From NCBI GenBank assembly GCA_963733055.1, contig CAVTBR010000003.1, positions 32,001 through 96,000 on the forward strand: a DNA stretch of 64,000 nucleotides, read 5' to 3'. The stretch is from Candidatus Bathyarchaeota archaeon (GTDB lineage: Archaea > Thermoproteota > Bathyarchaeia > 40CM-2-53-6). A model generated the notes under the pieces. The model saw only the letters and a program-made list of their open reading frames with translations. It did not search any database and had not been told where the DNA came from. The position numbers were made by a program, and so were the translations under genes. Positions 19,076 to 29,735 of this stretch are shown here, in pieces. Position 1 is the stretch's first letter. Each line of letters opens with the position of its first letter.

Positions 19076-19703
19076 ACTAATCTACAAGGGTGCCGAGGCC
19101 GAGATCTACTTGGAAAACTGGTGTGGATCCACGGCAGTCAGAAAAACTCGGATCCCGAAGCCATATCGCGTCCCCCAGTTAGACGCAACAATCCGTCGGG
19201 GTAGAACGATTCATGAAACGAACCTCATGCATGAGGTAAGGAAGCTTGGCGTCCCCGTTCCGACAATCCAGCACATCGATACAGAAAACTCCTCATTCAT
19301 CATGGATTACGTAAAGGGAGACACGCTAAAGGAACAGCTGTACGCACTCTCGCCGGACATGAGACACAGACAATGCAGTCAACTGGGACGAATGGTCGCT
19401 TTAATTCATGAAGGCGGCATAGTACACGGCGACCTAACAATCTCTAACGTCTTGTGCACCGACAACAAATTATTCTTGATCGATTTTGGTCTGGGTGACT
19501 TTTCAACAGAACTTGAAGACCGTGGAGTCGATCTGCTTCTCCTCAGCCGCGCCATGAAAAGCACTCACATCAAATTTCACGAAGAAATCTTCAGCGCATT
19601 TCTACATGGCTATTCCGCAACGGCCGGAAAGAGACTGAGCATCGAATCACTTAACAAGATGCGAGAGATCGAAAGACGAGGCAGATACTTTGAGAGAGCA
19701 TAA
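19044..19703 (+). CDS. bud32: KEOPS kinase Bud32
   Basis: KGAEA, KPYR, HGDLT, IDFGL, RGRY C-terminus. Confidence 0.93.
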   Translation: MTSSGEERLPKLIYKGAEAEIYLENWCGSTAVRKTRIPKPYRVPQLDATIRRGRTIHETNLMHEVRKLGVPVPTIQHIDTENSSFIMDYVKGDTLKEQLYALSPDMRHRQCSQLGRMVALIHEGGIVHGDLTISNVLCTDNKLFLIDFGLGDFSTELEDRGVDLLLLSRAMKSTHIKFHEEIFSAFLHGYSATAGKRLSIESLNKMREIERRGRYFERA

Positions 19704-20289
19704 ACCAACTATCTACTTTGCAACCGGAAACAAGGGTAAATTTGTTGAAGCGGCTCTTATAGCGAAAGTCTTTGGAATAACGCTCAAACAGATGAAGGAC
19801 GAAAAGATCGAGATCCAATCCGACGAACTCGAGGACATAGCGTCATTCGCGGCCAAATGCGCATCCGAGACAAGGCGACGCTCCGTTGTTGCAGAAGACG
19901 CAGGCTTATTCGTAAACAGTCTACGAGGCTTCCCGGGACCATACTCCGCCTACGTGTTCAGAACCTTAGGGACTAATGGAGTGCTGAACCTTATGAAAGG
20001 TGCGAGGGACAGACGCGCTTCCTTCCGCGCTGTGGTATCATACGCTAGACCGAAGTACCCTCCCGTAAGCTTCGACGGCGAAGTAATGGGCATCATCACT
20101 CGCAAATCACGGGGTACTCTGGGATTTGGATTTGACCCCATCTTCTCTCCCGTTCAGGGCGATGGACGAACATTCGCTCAAATGGATACGCTGGAGAAGA
20201 ACCTCCTGTCTCACAGAGCAAAGGCGTTCGTGAAATTCTTCACATGGCTCTCAATGAACGAAGGTTCTTCGCCTAGACAAGTTAAATAA
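19690..20289 (+). CDS. rdgB: Non-canonical purine NTP pyrophosphatase (RdgB/HAM1)
   Basis: ATGNKGK, EDAGL, GFPGPYS, GFGFDPIF, SHRA. Confidence 0.93.
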   Translation: MREHKPTIYFATGNKGKFVEAALIAKVFGITLKQMKDEKIEIQSDELEDIASFAAKCASETRRRSVVAEDAGLFVNSLRGFPGPYSAYVFRTLGTNGVLNLMKGARDRRASFRAVVSYARPKYPPVSFDGEVMGIITRKSRGTLGFGFDPIFSPVQGDGRTFAQMDTLEKNLLSHRAKAFVKFFTWLSMNEGSSPRQVK

Positions 20290-20338
20290 CCGAGAGCCAA
20301 AGACTAAGTCGAATTTCCAAATTGGAGCGTGCGCACTA

Positions 20339-20788
20339 ACGGCTAGACTATACACAAGCAAGCGGGGCAAGTCAGGGTCTACGCGACCAATTAGCAAGAA
20401 AACGCCTTCGTGGGTCAAGTATACGCCAGACGAGGTTGAGTCATTAGTCCTCAAGCTTTCCCGGGAAGGCAATACAGCGAGTACGATTGGCGTTTTGATG
20501 CGTGACCGATATGGAGTACCCTTAGTGAAATCGATCACGGGAAAGAATGTTCAGGAAATACTGAAACCTGGTCGACAGGCCGGAACCCTCCCAGAAGATT
20601 TGAGCGCGCTGCTCAAGAAGGCTGACGACCTGAGACGTCACCTAGAGAAGAATCGGAAAGATCACGTAAACAAACGTTCTCTCGCAATGATCGAATCCAA
20701 GATTCACAGGCTAGAGAAGTATTACAGGGTTAAAGGGCAACTCAGCCCAGAATGGCATTACAAACATGTCGTCGCGTCAGTGGCATAA
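20339..20788 (+). CDS. rps15: 30S ribosomal protein uS15 (apparent ACG start)
   Basis: In frame upstream of called ORF: (ACG)ARLYTSKRGKSGSTRP...; LPEDL, ESKIHRL..YY. Confidence 0.93.
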   Translation, partial: TARLYTSKRGKSGSTRPISKKTPSWVKYTPDEVESLVLKLSREGNTASTIGVLMRDRYGVPLVKSITGKNVQEILKPGRQAGTLPEDLSALLKKADDLRRHLEKNRKDHVNKRSLAMIESKIHRLEKYYRVKGQLSPEWHYKHVVASVA

Positions 20789-20791
20789 TAA

Positions 20792-22236
20792 ATGCCTGGG
20801 GACGGACAACGAGGCGCTTTCCTTGAACGCGCAAAAGAAGCCTGCGGAAGTAATTAGGAAACACCTACAAGCGGACTCAACTTTTACAGCAATATCCCAT
20901 AACGATGCAGACGGCCTCTCTTCGGCCGGCATCATCGGCGCTGCTCTTACACGCGCCTCCGCTCGCTACAAGGTACGAATAGTAGAAGAGCTTCGCGAGG
21001 ACATTATTGACGAAATATCCGCTGGGAAACCTGACATCGTAATCTTCACGGACATTGGTAGCGGCTATTCGGAACTCGTAAACTCACGTCTTGAGGCCAA
21101 AGAAGTAGTCATTTTAGACCACCACCCACCCGACGGCAAGGCGGGACCGAAGATTGCTCAACTAAATCCACATGAATTCGGAATCGACGGCGCAACCAAG
21201 ATCAGCGCAGCGGGGGTAACATACTTGGTCGCGAGAGAGCTCGACGAAGGGAACAAAGACCTCAGCACACTCGGGATCGTAGGAGCGCTGGGTGACATGC
21301 AAGATAAGAACGAACGGAGAGCACTCGCAGGCCTCAACCAACTCCTGGTTGATGATGCCGTGTCATCCGGGAATGCGAAGGTTGACTCCGACCTCGTTGT
21401 GTATGGCAGAGAAACTCGCCCAATATACCGCGCCCTAGCCTATACGACCTCGCCCTACCTCCCAAACCTAAGCGGTCGGGAAGATAACTGCCTCCTGCTA
21501 CTATCGAAGGCGGGGATTCCTGTAAAGGAAGGGGACCGCTTCAGAACCGCTGCCGACCTCTCGCAGGAAGAGAAACAGAAACTCCTCAACGGCATAATTG
21601 CCTACCTTACATCCCAAGGCTTCCCCTCAAACGTAGTGCTCGATATGGTGGGGACCGTATACACATTCATCAACGAACCGCAGGGAAGTCCGACTAGAGA
21701 TGCACGAGAATTCTCCGCCCTGCTGAAACGCGTGTGGAAGAACAGGCAACCCTTCAATAGGTATTAGCATTGGACTAGGGGATCGAAATACCGCCCTAAC
21801 CGAAGCCACCGAAGTCGTCGCCACCTACCGGAAGACTTTGGCCACCTACATGGAGTGGTTAACAAAATCTCCGGATGCAATCCAGAAATTCAAGATAATC
21901 TGGGCTATCCGAGGGGAGAACCAGATACAAGAGAGCATGACCGGAGCCTTCTCATCGATCATATCCTCAGCGGGTAATCTGACTCCGGATCACGCTATAA
22001 TCGTCGTAACCAGAGCAAAGGATGGCGGAATCAAACTCTCAGCAAGAGCTCCCGCGAAACTGCTAGCCATGGGCATGAACCTTGGCGCAGCGCTGAACAG
22101 CACGGCGAAGAAGTACGCTGGCATCGGAGGAGGACATAACGTGGCAGCTGGCGCCCACATCAAGACAGATGACCCAGTTCCATTCCTTGAAGAACTCGAT
22201 CAAGCCCTCCTCGCGCAGCTGAAGACAAATGTATGA
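20792..22236 (+). CDS. RecJ/Cdc45-like DHH nuclease (GAN-like), split by frameshifts near 20840 and 21726
   Basis: HNDADG, DIG, LDHH, NPH, GDMQ, then LLNACGR in shifted frame, GGGHNVAAG; lies between rps15 and rps3ae as usual. Confidence 0.85.
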
Positions 22237-22477
22237 AACAGAAATTCGCATCCAATACTCATCAGCAATCTTCGCCAAAGCCGTGAAGAAGGCGTTATCC
22301 CCTGACGACAACATACCAAACAACAAATTGATCATATCGACAAGTGCAAACGGTCCAGTGCTCTCTGTTCGAATCAAGGGATGTCAGAAAATCGAAACGA
22401 TGCAACAAACCCTGCAAGATATCTTTCGCTGCATTCAAGCAACTGAGACATCACTGAAGAAAATTGGAAACCCCTAA
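22229..22477 (+). CDS. KEOPS Pcc1-family paralog
   Basis: 82 aa, ALSPDD motif, conserved position between DHH nuclease and rps3ae. Confidence 0.7.
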   Translation: MYETEIRIQYSSAIFAKAVKKALSPDDNIPNNKLIISTSANGPVLSVRIKGCQKIETMQQTLQDIFRCIQATETSLKKIGNP

Positions 22478-22557
22478 CCACCGCTCGCTAGCTATGAACG
22501 CTTTAAATAAGGCACAAACGGTACGTTGCCAAAATCTGAAGTCCGAGTGGAAGACTA

Positions 22558-23196
22558 TTGTCCAAAGCCTCGAAAAAAGTCAGAGACAAGTGGCGATTGA
22601 AGGAATGGTACGATGTCTACACCCCACCCTACTTTGGAGAAAACGTTGTCGCCAGCATACCCTGTGAGCTCCCCACAGCTGTAATCGGCCGCGTAGTCGA
22701 AACAACGTTGTATGATATTACAAACGATTTTGCTCACCAATCGATCAAACTGTACTTTCTGGTCGTCAATACGAAGGAGCATAGGGCTGATACGATACTG
22801 AAATCGCACGAGTACGCCACCGATTATCTAAGAAGCCTTGTGAGGCGCGGAAGTACTCGAATGGACGGCATCTTCAACGCAACTACAAAGGACCAATACT
22901 CGACACGGATTTCAGTGGTTGCGTTCACGCGTGATAGAATCAATGCGTCACAGGAACACGGTGTCCGCCAAATTATGCGCCAGATTGTTGAAGAGAAGGC
23001 TAACACTCTGAATTACGATCAATTATCGCAAGAAGTCGTTCTGGGCAAACTTGGATCAGATATTTACAATCTTGCGAAGAAGATCGCCCCGCTCAGGCAT
23101 GTGGGGGTAAGGAAATCAAGAGTCCTTTCGATACCGCCTGGAGTCATGGCTACCCCCGCCCAAGTCATGGAACAGGCCAAGGCTGCAGCAGCCTGA
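22558..23196 (+). CDS. rps3ae: 30S ribosomal protein eS1 (S3Ae)
   Basis: RDKWRLKEWY, GRVVETTL, DYLRSLVRR, KKIAPLR. Confidence 0.95.
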   Translation: MSKASKKVRDKWRLKEWYDVYTPPYFGENVVASIPCELPTAVIGRVVETTLYDITNDFAHQSIKLYFLVVNTKEHRADTILKSHEYATDYLRSLVRRGSTRMDGIFNATTKDQYSTRISVVAFTRDRINASQEHGVRQIMRQIVEEKANTLNYDQLSQEVVLGKLGSDIYNLAKKIAPLRHVGVRKSRVLSIPPGVMATPAQVMEQAKAAAA

Positions 23197-23206
23197 TCCA
23201 AGTCGA

Positions 23207-23479
23207 TCAATGCGTCGAGCGCTTGTACATTCGTCTGATTTCCTCATGGATCGCGTCGAGTTCGCGACGGAGCTCGACAGCTTTAGCTTTTGAACCAGGA
23301 TCTTTCGCGCTATCGGGCGAAGATAGGTTGGCGCCGAAAGTGTCGATCTCCCGAGCCAGATGTCGGATGCGCTCCTGCAGATCAGCTGTCTTCTCAAGGC
23401 TGTAAAGAGTCCCGGCGAGTGCACCGGTGAGACCGCCCGCAGCAATTCCGGCAAGGAAAGAGAGAACATCAAATGCCAT
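23207..23479 (-). CDS. Small membrane-anchored coiled-coil protein
   Basis: Gly-rich N-terminal TM (SFLAGIAAGGLTGALAG) followed by heptads. Confidence 0.55.
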   Translation of the reverse strand: MAFDVLSFLAGIAAGGLTGALAGTLYSLEKTADLQERIRHLAREIDTFGANLSSPDSAKDPGSKAKAVELRRELDAIHEEIRRMYKRSTH

Positions 23480-23589
23480 GCCTAGACCACAACATCCAGC
23501 AAACCTTGCCATGCATACTCCAATTTAAAACGCTCAGGAATACAATTACGAGGGATGAGGGTGTTGGTCTGGAAGATCGGTGAGAGAAT

Positions 23590-24888
23590 GTGAAAGCGGT
23601 TGTTCTAGCGGCAGGGGAAGGAACTCGCATGTGGCCTCTTGCCACTACCAAACCCAAGCATCTTCTCTCCATAGCGGGGCGGCCGATTATCGGATTCGTT
23701 CTTAAAGCGATCTCAGAGAACCGGATTAAGGATGTCTTGTTGGTTGTCGGTTTCAAGGGAGAGTTGATGCAGGATGTTCTCGGCGACGGGGGGACCTACG
23801 GGTTAAACATCGAATACCTACGTCAACGCGATTGGACTGGGACGGCGTCGGCGTTAAGAGTTGCTCGCGACGCGGTGGGCACCGAGCCCTTTCTCGCCAT
23901 ATATGGAGATTTGTGGGCAAACGCAACAAGTATTGGCGGTGTTGTCGAGAAGGCTCGAGAATGCTCAAGGGTTATGGGGGTCGTGCAGATGCCGAACCCC
24001 TCGGAATACGGGGTTGTCGAGCTGAAAGGCGATAGAGTTGTAAGAGTTCAAGAGAAACCCGCGAAGAGGACAACGGTGGAGGCGTGGGTAAACGCCGGAA
24101 TATACGTTCTAGACGATCAAGTATTCCGTGCGATTGAAGAAACGTCGTGGTCGAAAAGGAACGAATACGAGCTAACCACCTCGTTACAACGGTTGATCGA
24201 TAATGGACAAGACATCAAGGCGGCGACAATCGATCGAGAAGATTGGATGGATGTGGGTAGGCCGTGGGATCTTCTCGAAGCGAATGAAAGAACGCTAATG
24301 AATTTCACCCCCAGAGTTCGCGGAGTTGTCGAACCAGGGTCAACGATGAAAGGGCCTATTTGCCTTGAAGAGTCGGCCACGATCAAATCAGGGTCCTACA
24401 TTGAAGGGCCTGTATACATTGGCGAAAGAAGCAGGGTCGGTCCGAACGCAAGAATTAGACCTTGCACGAGCATCGGAGAGGACGTTGTAATCGGAGCCTC
24501 CTGTGAGATCAAGAATAGTGTGATCATGAACGGCACTAAGATTCCACACCTCTCCTATGTTGGCGACAGTGTGATTGGCGAGAACTGTAACATTGCCGCC
24601 GGGACGATAACAGCAAACATACGTCTGGACGAACAACCAATCATGGTGAGCGTGAAGGGACGGACGCTAAGTTCGGGGAGGAAGAAACTCGGGACGATTA
24701 TGGGAGACCAGTCGCAAACCGGAATTAATACGAATATCATGCCGGGAGTCAAAATTGGCCCCTTTGCACACGTTGGTCCGGGAGTCACTGTATACGAGGA
24801 CGTGCCGACGGAGCATGCGGTTTTCGTGAGGCAGACACTTATCAGTAAACTGATGAAGAAACGCGGCATAAGGAAGCGTCACGCTTAG
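23590..24888 (+). CDS. Bifunctional sugar-1-phosphate nucleotidyltransferase/acetyltransferase (archaeal GlmU-like)
   Basis: LAAGEGTR, PK, EKP, hexapeptide repeats, HLSYVGDS. Confidence 0.9.
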   Translation: MKAVVLAAGEGTRMWPLATTKPKHLLSIAGRPIIGFVLKAISENRIKDVLLVVGFKGELMQDVLGDGGTYGLNIEYLRQRDWTGTASALRVARDAVGTEPFLAIYGDLWANATSIGGVVEKARECSRVMGVVQMPNPSEYGVVELKGDRVVRVQEKPAKRTTVEAWVNAGIYVLDDQVFRAIEETSWSKRNEYELTTSLQRLIDNGQDIKAATIDREDWMDVGRPWDLLEANERTLMNFTPRVRGVVEPGSTMKGPICLEESATIKSGSYIEGPVYIGERSRVGPNARIRPCTSIGEDVVIGASCEIKNSVIMNGTKIPHLSYVGDSVIGENCNIAAGTITANIRLDEQPIMVSVKGRTLSSGRKKLGTIMGDQSQTGINTNIMPGVKIGPFAHVGPGVTVYEDVPTEHAVFVRQTLISKLMKKRGIRKRHA

Positions 24889-26096
24889 GCGTGTCTTTTT
24901 GTGCTCGTTATCGAGACGACATCTCTATCCTTCAATACGTAGTCATCGGCGAGCCGCATCTTTGACCTTGCTTCAGTAGCGTAAAGGAAACCTTCGGCTA
25001 AGTCGGAATGTATCATTGAAGCGAATTGTTTCGCTGTCGTTCCGTAAGGAACCAGGTAGGCGTCGGGTAGGACCCTGCCCTTATGGTCAGTCAGTTTCTC
25101 GGGGTCTTCAACGGGGTATATTGTTATCATTTGCAGAAGTTTGAAGAACGCTAAGTTGAGGGATTCTTGGACTCCTGTCGAACCAAATGGAAGGAGAACT
25201 TTTTCTTTTATCCGTGTCAACGCATTCAACTGGTCTGTATTCGGCGGATTCTTTTCGTTCACTTTGAAGTTGCTGTCTCCGGGGAGGTAGGTTACGATAC
25301 CTTTCTCAGCGGCACGTCTTAGGGCTAGCTCGGCTTCCGCACAGCAGGGCACCACCATGTGGCCCAGATCGCTCAAGGATTTCAGGTTGTTTTCGGCTGG
25401 GGGGACATCCATTTTGTTTGCTGCAATTAGGAGCGGTTTCGATTTGCTGCGCAGTTCACTGACCAAACGCAAAATGTCATCATCGGACCAGGAGCTGGGT
25501 TTCTCGAAGTTCAGGCTGGTCTTCCCTTTCGCCGAGATTAAATGGTCCCTGCGTATTCCGAGGCCGCTTAGTTTGTCTTCGAGGATTGTTATGAGGTCTT
25601 CCTTAGGGCCTTCGACTCGTCTAACAGCACGATCCCATTCCTTCTTGATGATTTGCAGAAGCCACATATCCAGTTCATGTTCAAGAAATCGAACGTCTTC
25701 CCGCGGGTTGTGTGTGCCCGCGTCGCATGTTTTTCCCTCGGAATCCGTTGAACCCGACGCATCGACGACGTGGATGAGGGCGTCGGCTTGTCGTATCTCA
25801 TCTAGAAACTGATTTCCGAGGCCTCGGCCCTGCCAAGCCCCTGGAACAAGTCCAGCACAATCAACAATCTCAACCGGCACGAGTCTAATTCCATCGATAC
25901 ACGTGGAATTGCCAGGCGTGTCCGTTACATTGAACTCTCGACAGACACATGGCGTTCGAACGTATCCCATCCCAATGTTTGGTTTGATCGTGGTGAAAGG
26001 GTAGTTTGCGATGGCTACGTGCGCTAGAGTGGCAGCGCTGAAGAATGTGCTCTTTCCGACGTTAGGTTTTCCTACAACACCCACTATGCGCGGCAA
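24885..26096 (-). CDS. ychF: Obg-family NTPase YchF with TGS domain
   Basis: GKPNVGKST, YPFTT, GLVPGA, GLGNQFL, NKMD, IHSDL. Confidence 0.9.
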   Translation of the reverse strand: MPRIVGVVGKPNVGKSTFFSAATLAHVAIANYPFTTIKPNIGMGYVRTPCVCREFNVTDTPGNSTCIDGIRLVPVEIVDCAGLVPGAWQGRGLGNQFLDEIRQADALIHVVDASGSTDSEGKTCDAGTHNPREDVRFLEHELDMWLLQIIKKEWDRAVRRVEGPKEDLITILEDKLSGLGIRRDHLISAKGKTSLNFEKPSSWSDDDILRLVSELRSKSKPLLIAANKMDVPPAENNLKSLSDLGHMVVPCCAEAELALRRAAEKGIVTYLPGDSNFKVNEKNPPNTDQLNALTRIKEKVLLPFGSTGVQESLNLAFFKLLQMITIYPVEDPEKLTDHKGRVLPDAYLVPYGTTAKQFASMIHSDLAEGFLYATEARSKMRLADDYVLKDRDVVSITSTKRHA

Positions 26097-26115
26097 ATCA
26101 TATTTTCCTACAACA

Positions 26116-26805
26116 TCAACCCTTGTTGACTGGGATCCCGGTGATTCGTATTCCTGCGGCGTTTACTTTGTATCGAATGTTTATTCCAATTAGAAGGGCC
26201 GTGATCTGTTCGACGATTCGAGAGTTCTCTAAGCGTCCTCCATCAACCGCTCTGACTCCAGGTATTTTCGTTGCGAGTTCCATTACCGACTTTCGTGTCT
26301 CCTGAGAATCCCCACAAACGATAACGTCTGAATCCACATTCTTTCCGATGTCTTGAAGGGCTTCGGCGACCACGTTGTGGAATGCAGAAGCAACCTTCGT
26401 GTGAGGAGGAAGTAATCTTGCCGCCTGTTGCGCTGCCGAGCCTTCCCAAACTCCGAGGGCGGTAGAAGCGGACCCTCCAACGGCCGTTGTGAGTGGAACG
26501 ACGACGTCGACGAAGATATCGTCCAGTTGAATGCTGTCGTGTACTGATTTGATCATATCCACGTGAGCCGCGAAGGGGACGGACATTACTATAATATCAG
26601 CCGCAGCGGCCGCCTTAGGATTTTCCATGCCCGAGACGTTCGCCTTCTCCCCTAGAGCAGTCCTAGCTTTCTTGGCTGCGTCTTCAGCTTTTTGCAATTG
26701 CCTCGATCCTATAATTACCTTCTCACCGGCCTTAGCCCAACGTAAAACTAAACCGAATCCTTGATCTCCTGTTCCGCCTATCACCGCAATAGTGCGTTCG
26801 GTCAT
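26116..26805 (-). CDS. npdG: F420H2:NADP+ oxidoreductase (Fno/NpdG)
   Basis: IAVIGGTGDQGFGL, IGSR, SVPF, GSAAQ, AFHN, GIRITG. Confidence 0.9.
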   Translation of the reverse strand: MTERTIAVIGGTGDQGFGLVLRWAKAGEKVIIGSRQLQKAEDAAKKARTALGEKANVSGMENPKAAAAADIIVMSVPFAAHVDMIKSVHDSIQLDDIFVDVVVPLTTAVGGSASTALGVWEGSAAQQAARLLPPHTKVASAFHNVVAEALQDIGKNVDSDVIVCGDSQETRKSVMELATKIPGVRAVDGGRLENSRIVEQITALLIGINIRYKVNAAGIRITGIPVNKG

Positions 26806-26898
26806 GTTACAGTCCTTCAAAATCGTGCCCAAAGGAATTCGCAATTAAAGGCTGACTGTTCAAGCCCATTCTTGAATATCCTGGCAAGGTGCCTCGAT

Positions 26899-28230
26899 TT
26901 ACGTGGGGAAGTCCTGGATAAATCCGCCACGCATCATGTATCTCGTCTGTTCGCGTGCTCGCTTGATGATAGATCTGGCGCTCTCGTAAACTTCCTGTCG
27001 AGTTCTCTTCAGTCTGGCGACTCCTTGCTCAACCGCCTTCTCGGCGACAGCCGTCGCTTCGCGCGGAAATACTTCCCAATCATCCATTGTCGGAATGATG
27101 TTTTTCGCGGACAACCCCCGTTCCTCGGCAAGTTTAGCGAGTTCAGCCGCCGCTGCCAGGCACATTTCATCGGTAATGGTTCGTGCGCGTACGTCAATTG
27201 TTCCCCTGAATATTCCAGGAAACCCTAGCGAATTGTTTAGTTGGTTTACAAAATCAGAACGTCCAGTTGCGACAACAGCGGCGCCACTCTCCTCTGCCTC
27301 CCATGGCCAGATCTCGGGTACGGGGTTCGCGCATGCGAAGATGATTGCCTTGTCAGCCATTTTTGAGACGAAGTTCCTAGTTATGACGCCGGGTCCGGGT
27401 GTCGACAGTGCGATGCATGCATCAGCTCCAACCATGGAGGCTTCGATGCCACCTTCCCGTCCCTCAGAATTGGTATCTTGACAGAGTTTCCATTTCTTAG
27501 GCGTGTTTTGTAAGTCCTTCCTGTTTCGGTGGAGTGTGCCTTTGCTGTCTACGAGGATCATGTTTCCTGCCCTAGCACCAGATAGTATTAGTAAACGTGC
27601 CAGTGCGACGTTGGCTGCTCCAGCTCCAATCATTGAGATCTTTACGTCTGATACCTTCTTTCCGACAACCTTGAGGGCGTTTATGAAACCGGCTAGTACC
27701 ACGGTGGCTGTGCCTTGTTGGTCGTCATGCCAAACGGGTATGTCTAGCTGCTTCTGTAGAGTGTCAAGGATTTCGAAGCATTTCGGCTGGGCTATGTCTT
27801 CAAGGTTTATTCCTGCGAATGATGGTTTGATCCATTTAACTGCCGAGATAATTTCTTCTGGTTTCTTGGTACCTAGGCAGATGGGAAATGCGTCTATTCC
27901 GCCCAAGTATTTGTAGAGCAAGGCTTTGCCCTCCATGACCGGGAGGCCTGCTTCGGGCCCGATGTCACCGAGGCCTAAAACGCGGGATCCATCGGTAACG
28001 ATGGCTATTGTATTCCATTTGTTCGTGTTCTCGAAAACAGCTTCAGGTCTGGCTTTGATCTCATCGCAAGCCTCAGCGACACCAGGGGTGTACCATATCG
28101 CGAAATCGTCGAAGGACCGAACTGGAACCTTGGGTACGATTTCGATTTTTCCACGATAGAATGGGTGATATTTTTTCGCTAGTTGAGCTGGAAGGTATGC
28201 TTTCCGAAGAGACTCCTCGTCTGATGTCAT
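26899..28230 (-). CDS. NAD(P)-dependent malic enzyme
   Basis: YTPGVA, VLGLGDIG, MEGK, NLEDI, HDDQQGT, GAGAA, NPVPE, ATGRSD. Confidence 0.93.
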   Translation of the reverse strand: MTSDEESLRKAYLPAQLAKKYHPFYRGKIEIVPKVPVRSFDDFAIWYTPGVAEACDEIKARPEAVFENTNKWNTIAIVTDGSRVLGLGDIGPEAGLPVMEGKALLYKYLGGIDAFPICLGTKKPEEIISAVKWIKPSFAGINLEDIAQPKCFEILDTLQKQLDIPVWHDDQQGTATVVLAGFINALKVVGKKVSDVKISMIGAGAANVALARLLILSGARAGNMILVDSKGTLHRNRKDLQNTPKKWKLCQDTNSEGREGGIEASMVGADACIALSTPGPGVITRNFVSKMADKAIIFACANPVPEIWPWEAEESGAAVVATGRSDFVNQLNNSLGFPGIFRGTIDVRARTITDEMCLAAAAELAKLAEERGLSAKNIIPTMDDWEVFPREATAVAEKAVEQGVARLKRTRQEVYESARSIIKRAREQTRYMMRGGFIQDFPT

Positions 28231-28357
28231 GGTTTTGATTCCGCTTACTTGTTTGCAAGCCGCTTAAATAGCAGCGCGACTTTTCACATTGCTTGAAGTT
28301 CAGAGACGCGTCATTTGTCTTAAAGTTAAGCTTCGAAAAGGTTGGTCGAAATTTACA

Positions 28358-28789
28358 ATGGGTGCCCAGAAATATCTTACTCATACATGGTTGGGACGTG
28401 AAAAGGGTGACTTACAGCTTTACCTTCGTCAGCTCGCGATAGTGTGGCGGCGCGAACCTACCGTTCACAGAGTCGAGCATCCGACTAGGCTGGATCGGGC
28501 GAGGACGTTGGGGTACAAAGCGAAACAGGGCTACGTAGTTGTCAGGGTTAGGATAAGGAAGGGCGGGGCACGCAAACCGCGACCCAGATCGGGGCGTAGG
28601 CAAAAAGCCTTGGGAGTCACGAGATTCACGCGCGCAATGAGTCTGAAGAACATCGCGGAGGAGAAAGCGAGAAAGAGATATCCAAACCTTCGAGTACTCA
28701 ATTCATACTACGTCTGGGAAGACGGAAGGCATCATTGGTATGAAACCATCATGCGGGACCCACACAACCCCGTATCCAAGGAAAACTGA
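28358..28789 (+). CDS. rpl15e: 50S ribosomal protein eL15, C-terminally short
   Basis: PTRLDRARTLGYKAKQG, AEEKARKRYPNL.VLNSY; ATG at 28358. Confidence 0.93.
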   Translation: MGAQKYLTHTWLGREKGDLQLYLRQLAIVWRREPTVHRVEHPTRLDRARTLGYKAKQGYVVVRVRIRKGGARKPRPRSGRRQKALGVTRFTRAMSLKNIAEEKARKRYPNLRVLNSYYVWEDGRHHWYETIMRDPHNPVSKEN

Positions 28790-28842
28790 AACCGGCCAAA
28801 GTCCACGTAGTAAGTCCTGCTGATTCCTAGAGGTTTTCGTAT

Positions 28843-29205
28843 CTACAGTAAGGACAATTCGCCCGTGATCTTGTCAACAAGCTCTGCTGGTGCGGGGCCG
28901 ATTCCGACACAAGTCGCCGTTCCCGGGTCTATCTGAGTTAAGCCGCTGTCATGAATAATCGTCGCTACCAATCCTAACTCCTCTGCATCTCTCTTGAGAT
29001 GTTCAAGGTCACTCTCGGTATTCACCTTGACCACGATTTTGCGTTGTCCTTCCTCAAACCATTGCTTCCACCATTCTGGGTGTCGTCTCCTGGTTTCTTC
29101 TGCCGCGGTTACTGAAGCATGGCTGACTTGAACCGCGATCTTTCCCTTGCCCATCTCCAGGTCACGCCTAACCGCAATGGCTAATTTGTACTTGAAATCG
29201 CTCGT
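28843..29205 (-). CDS. pth2: Peptidyl-tRNA hydrolase Pth2 (apparent ACG start)
   Basis: (ACG)SDFKYKLAIAVRRDLEMGKGKIAVQVSHA, KIVVKV, DSGLTQ, GIGP. Confidence 0.93.
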   Translation of the reverse strand, partial: TSDFKYKLAIAVRRDLEMGKGKIAVQVSHASVTAAEETRRRHPEWWKQWFEEGQRKIVVKVNTESDLEHLKRDAEELGLVATIIHDSGLTQIDPGTATCVGIGPAPAELVDKITGELSLL

Positions 29206-29270
29206 GGTTTAATCCTCGGCTTTATCTTGTCGCTGTCCCAAATAAGCGAAGAGATGGGCGGTAAGCTTTC

Positions 29271-29735
29271 TTGAAGTCGGGCCAGAGTATCCAGACAATT
29301 GAGATAAGCACCATTGCTCATGCAACAGATGACTTGGACAAAGTACAGCAAGCATTAGCACGTTTAGTCCCTGATTCACTGAAAAGTCGACAGCTATTCA
29401 CGCGTCGTTACATGCAGGGTCACTACGGCAACCCTATAGTGACGTTTGAAGCCCGGCTCACAAAAGGATCGGAAATTGACGAGTTTACAACCTTCCTTCG
29501 GAGCCAACTCGCACACAAGGACAAACTCACAATTCAGCGAGACCTAAGCCTTTATTCTGACGGTGACGGGAATCTTTACATTCGCATCGATAAGCAAAGT
29601 TTGTTTCGCGGAATCGTGCAGCTCGGAGAAGAAGACTCGATTAGAGTGCGAATGAAATTCACTAGGTTCACGGGCCAAGCCTCTGACCTGATGATCAAAT
29701 ACCTGGAGTCGGAAGAGAACTGTCAAACTTCGTAG
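29271..29735 (+). CDS. Predicted RNA-binding protein of the exosome/RNase P superoperon
   Basis: HATDD, GHYGNPI, YIRIDKQ motifs. Confidence 0.82.
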   Translation: MKSGQSIQTIEISTIAHATDDLDKVQQALARLVPDSLKSRQLFTRRYMQGHYGNPIVTFEARLTKGSEIDEFTTFLRSQLAHKDKLTIQRDLSLYSDGDGNLYIRIDKQSLFRGIVQLGEEDSIRVRMKFTRFTGQASDLMIKYLESEENCQTS

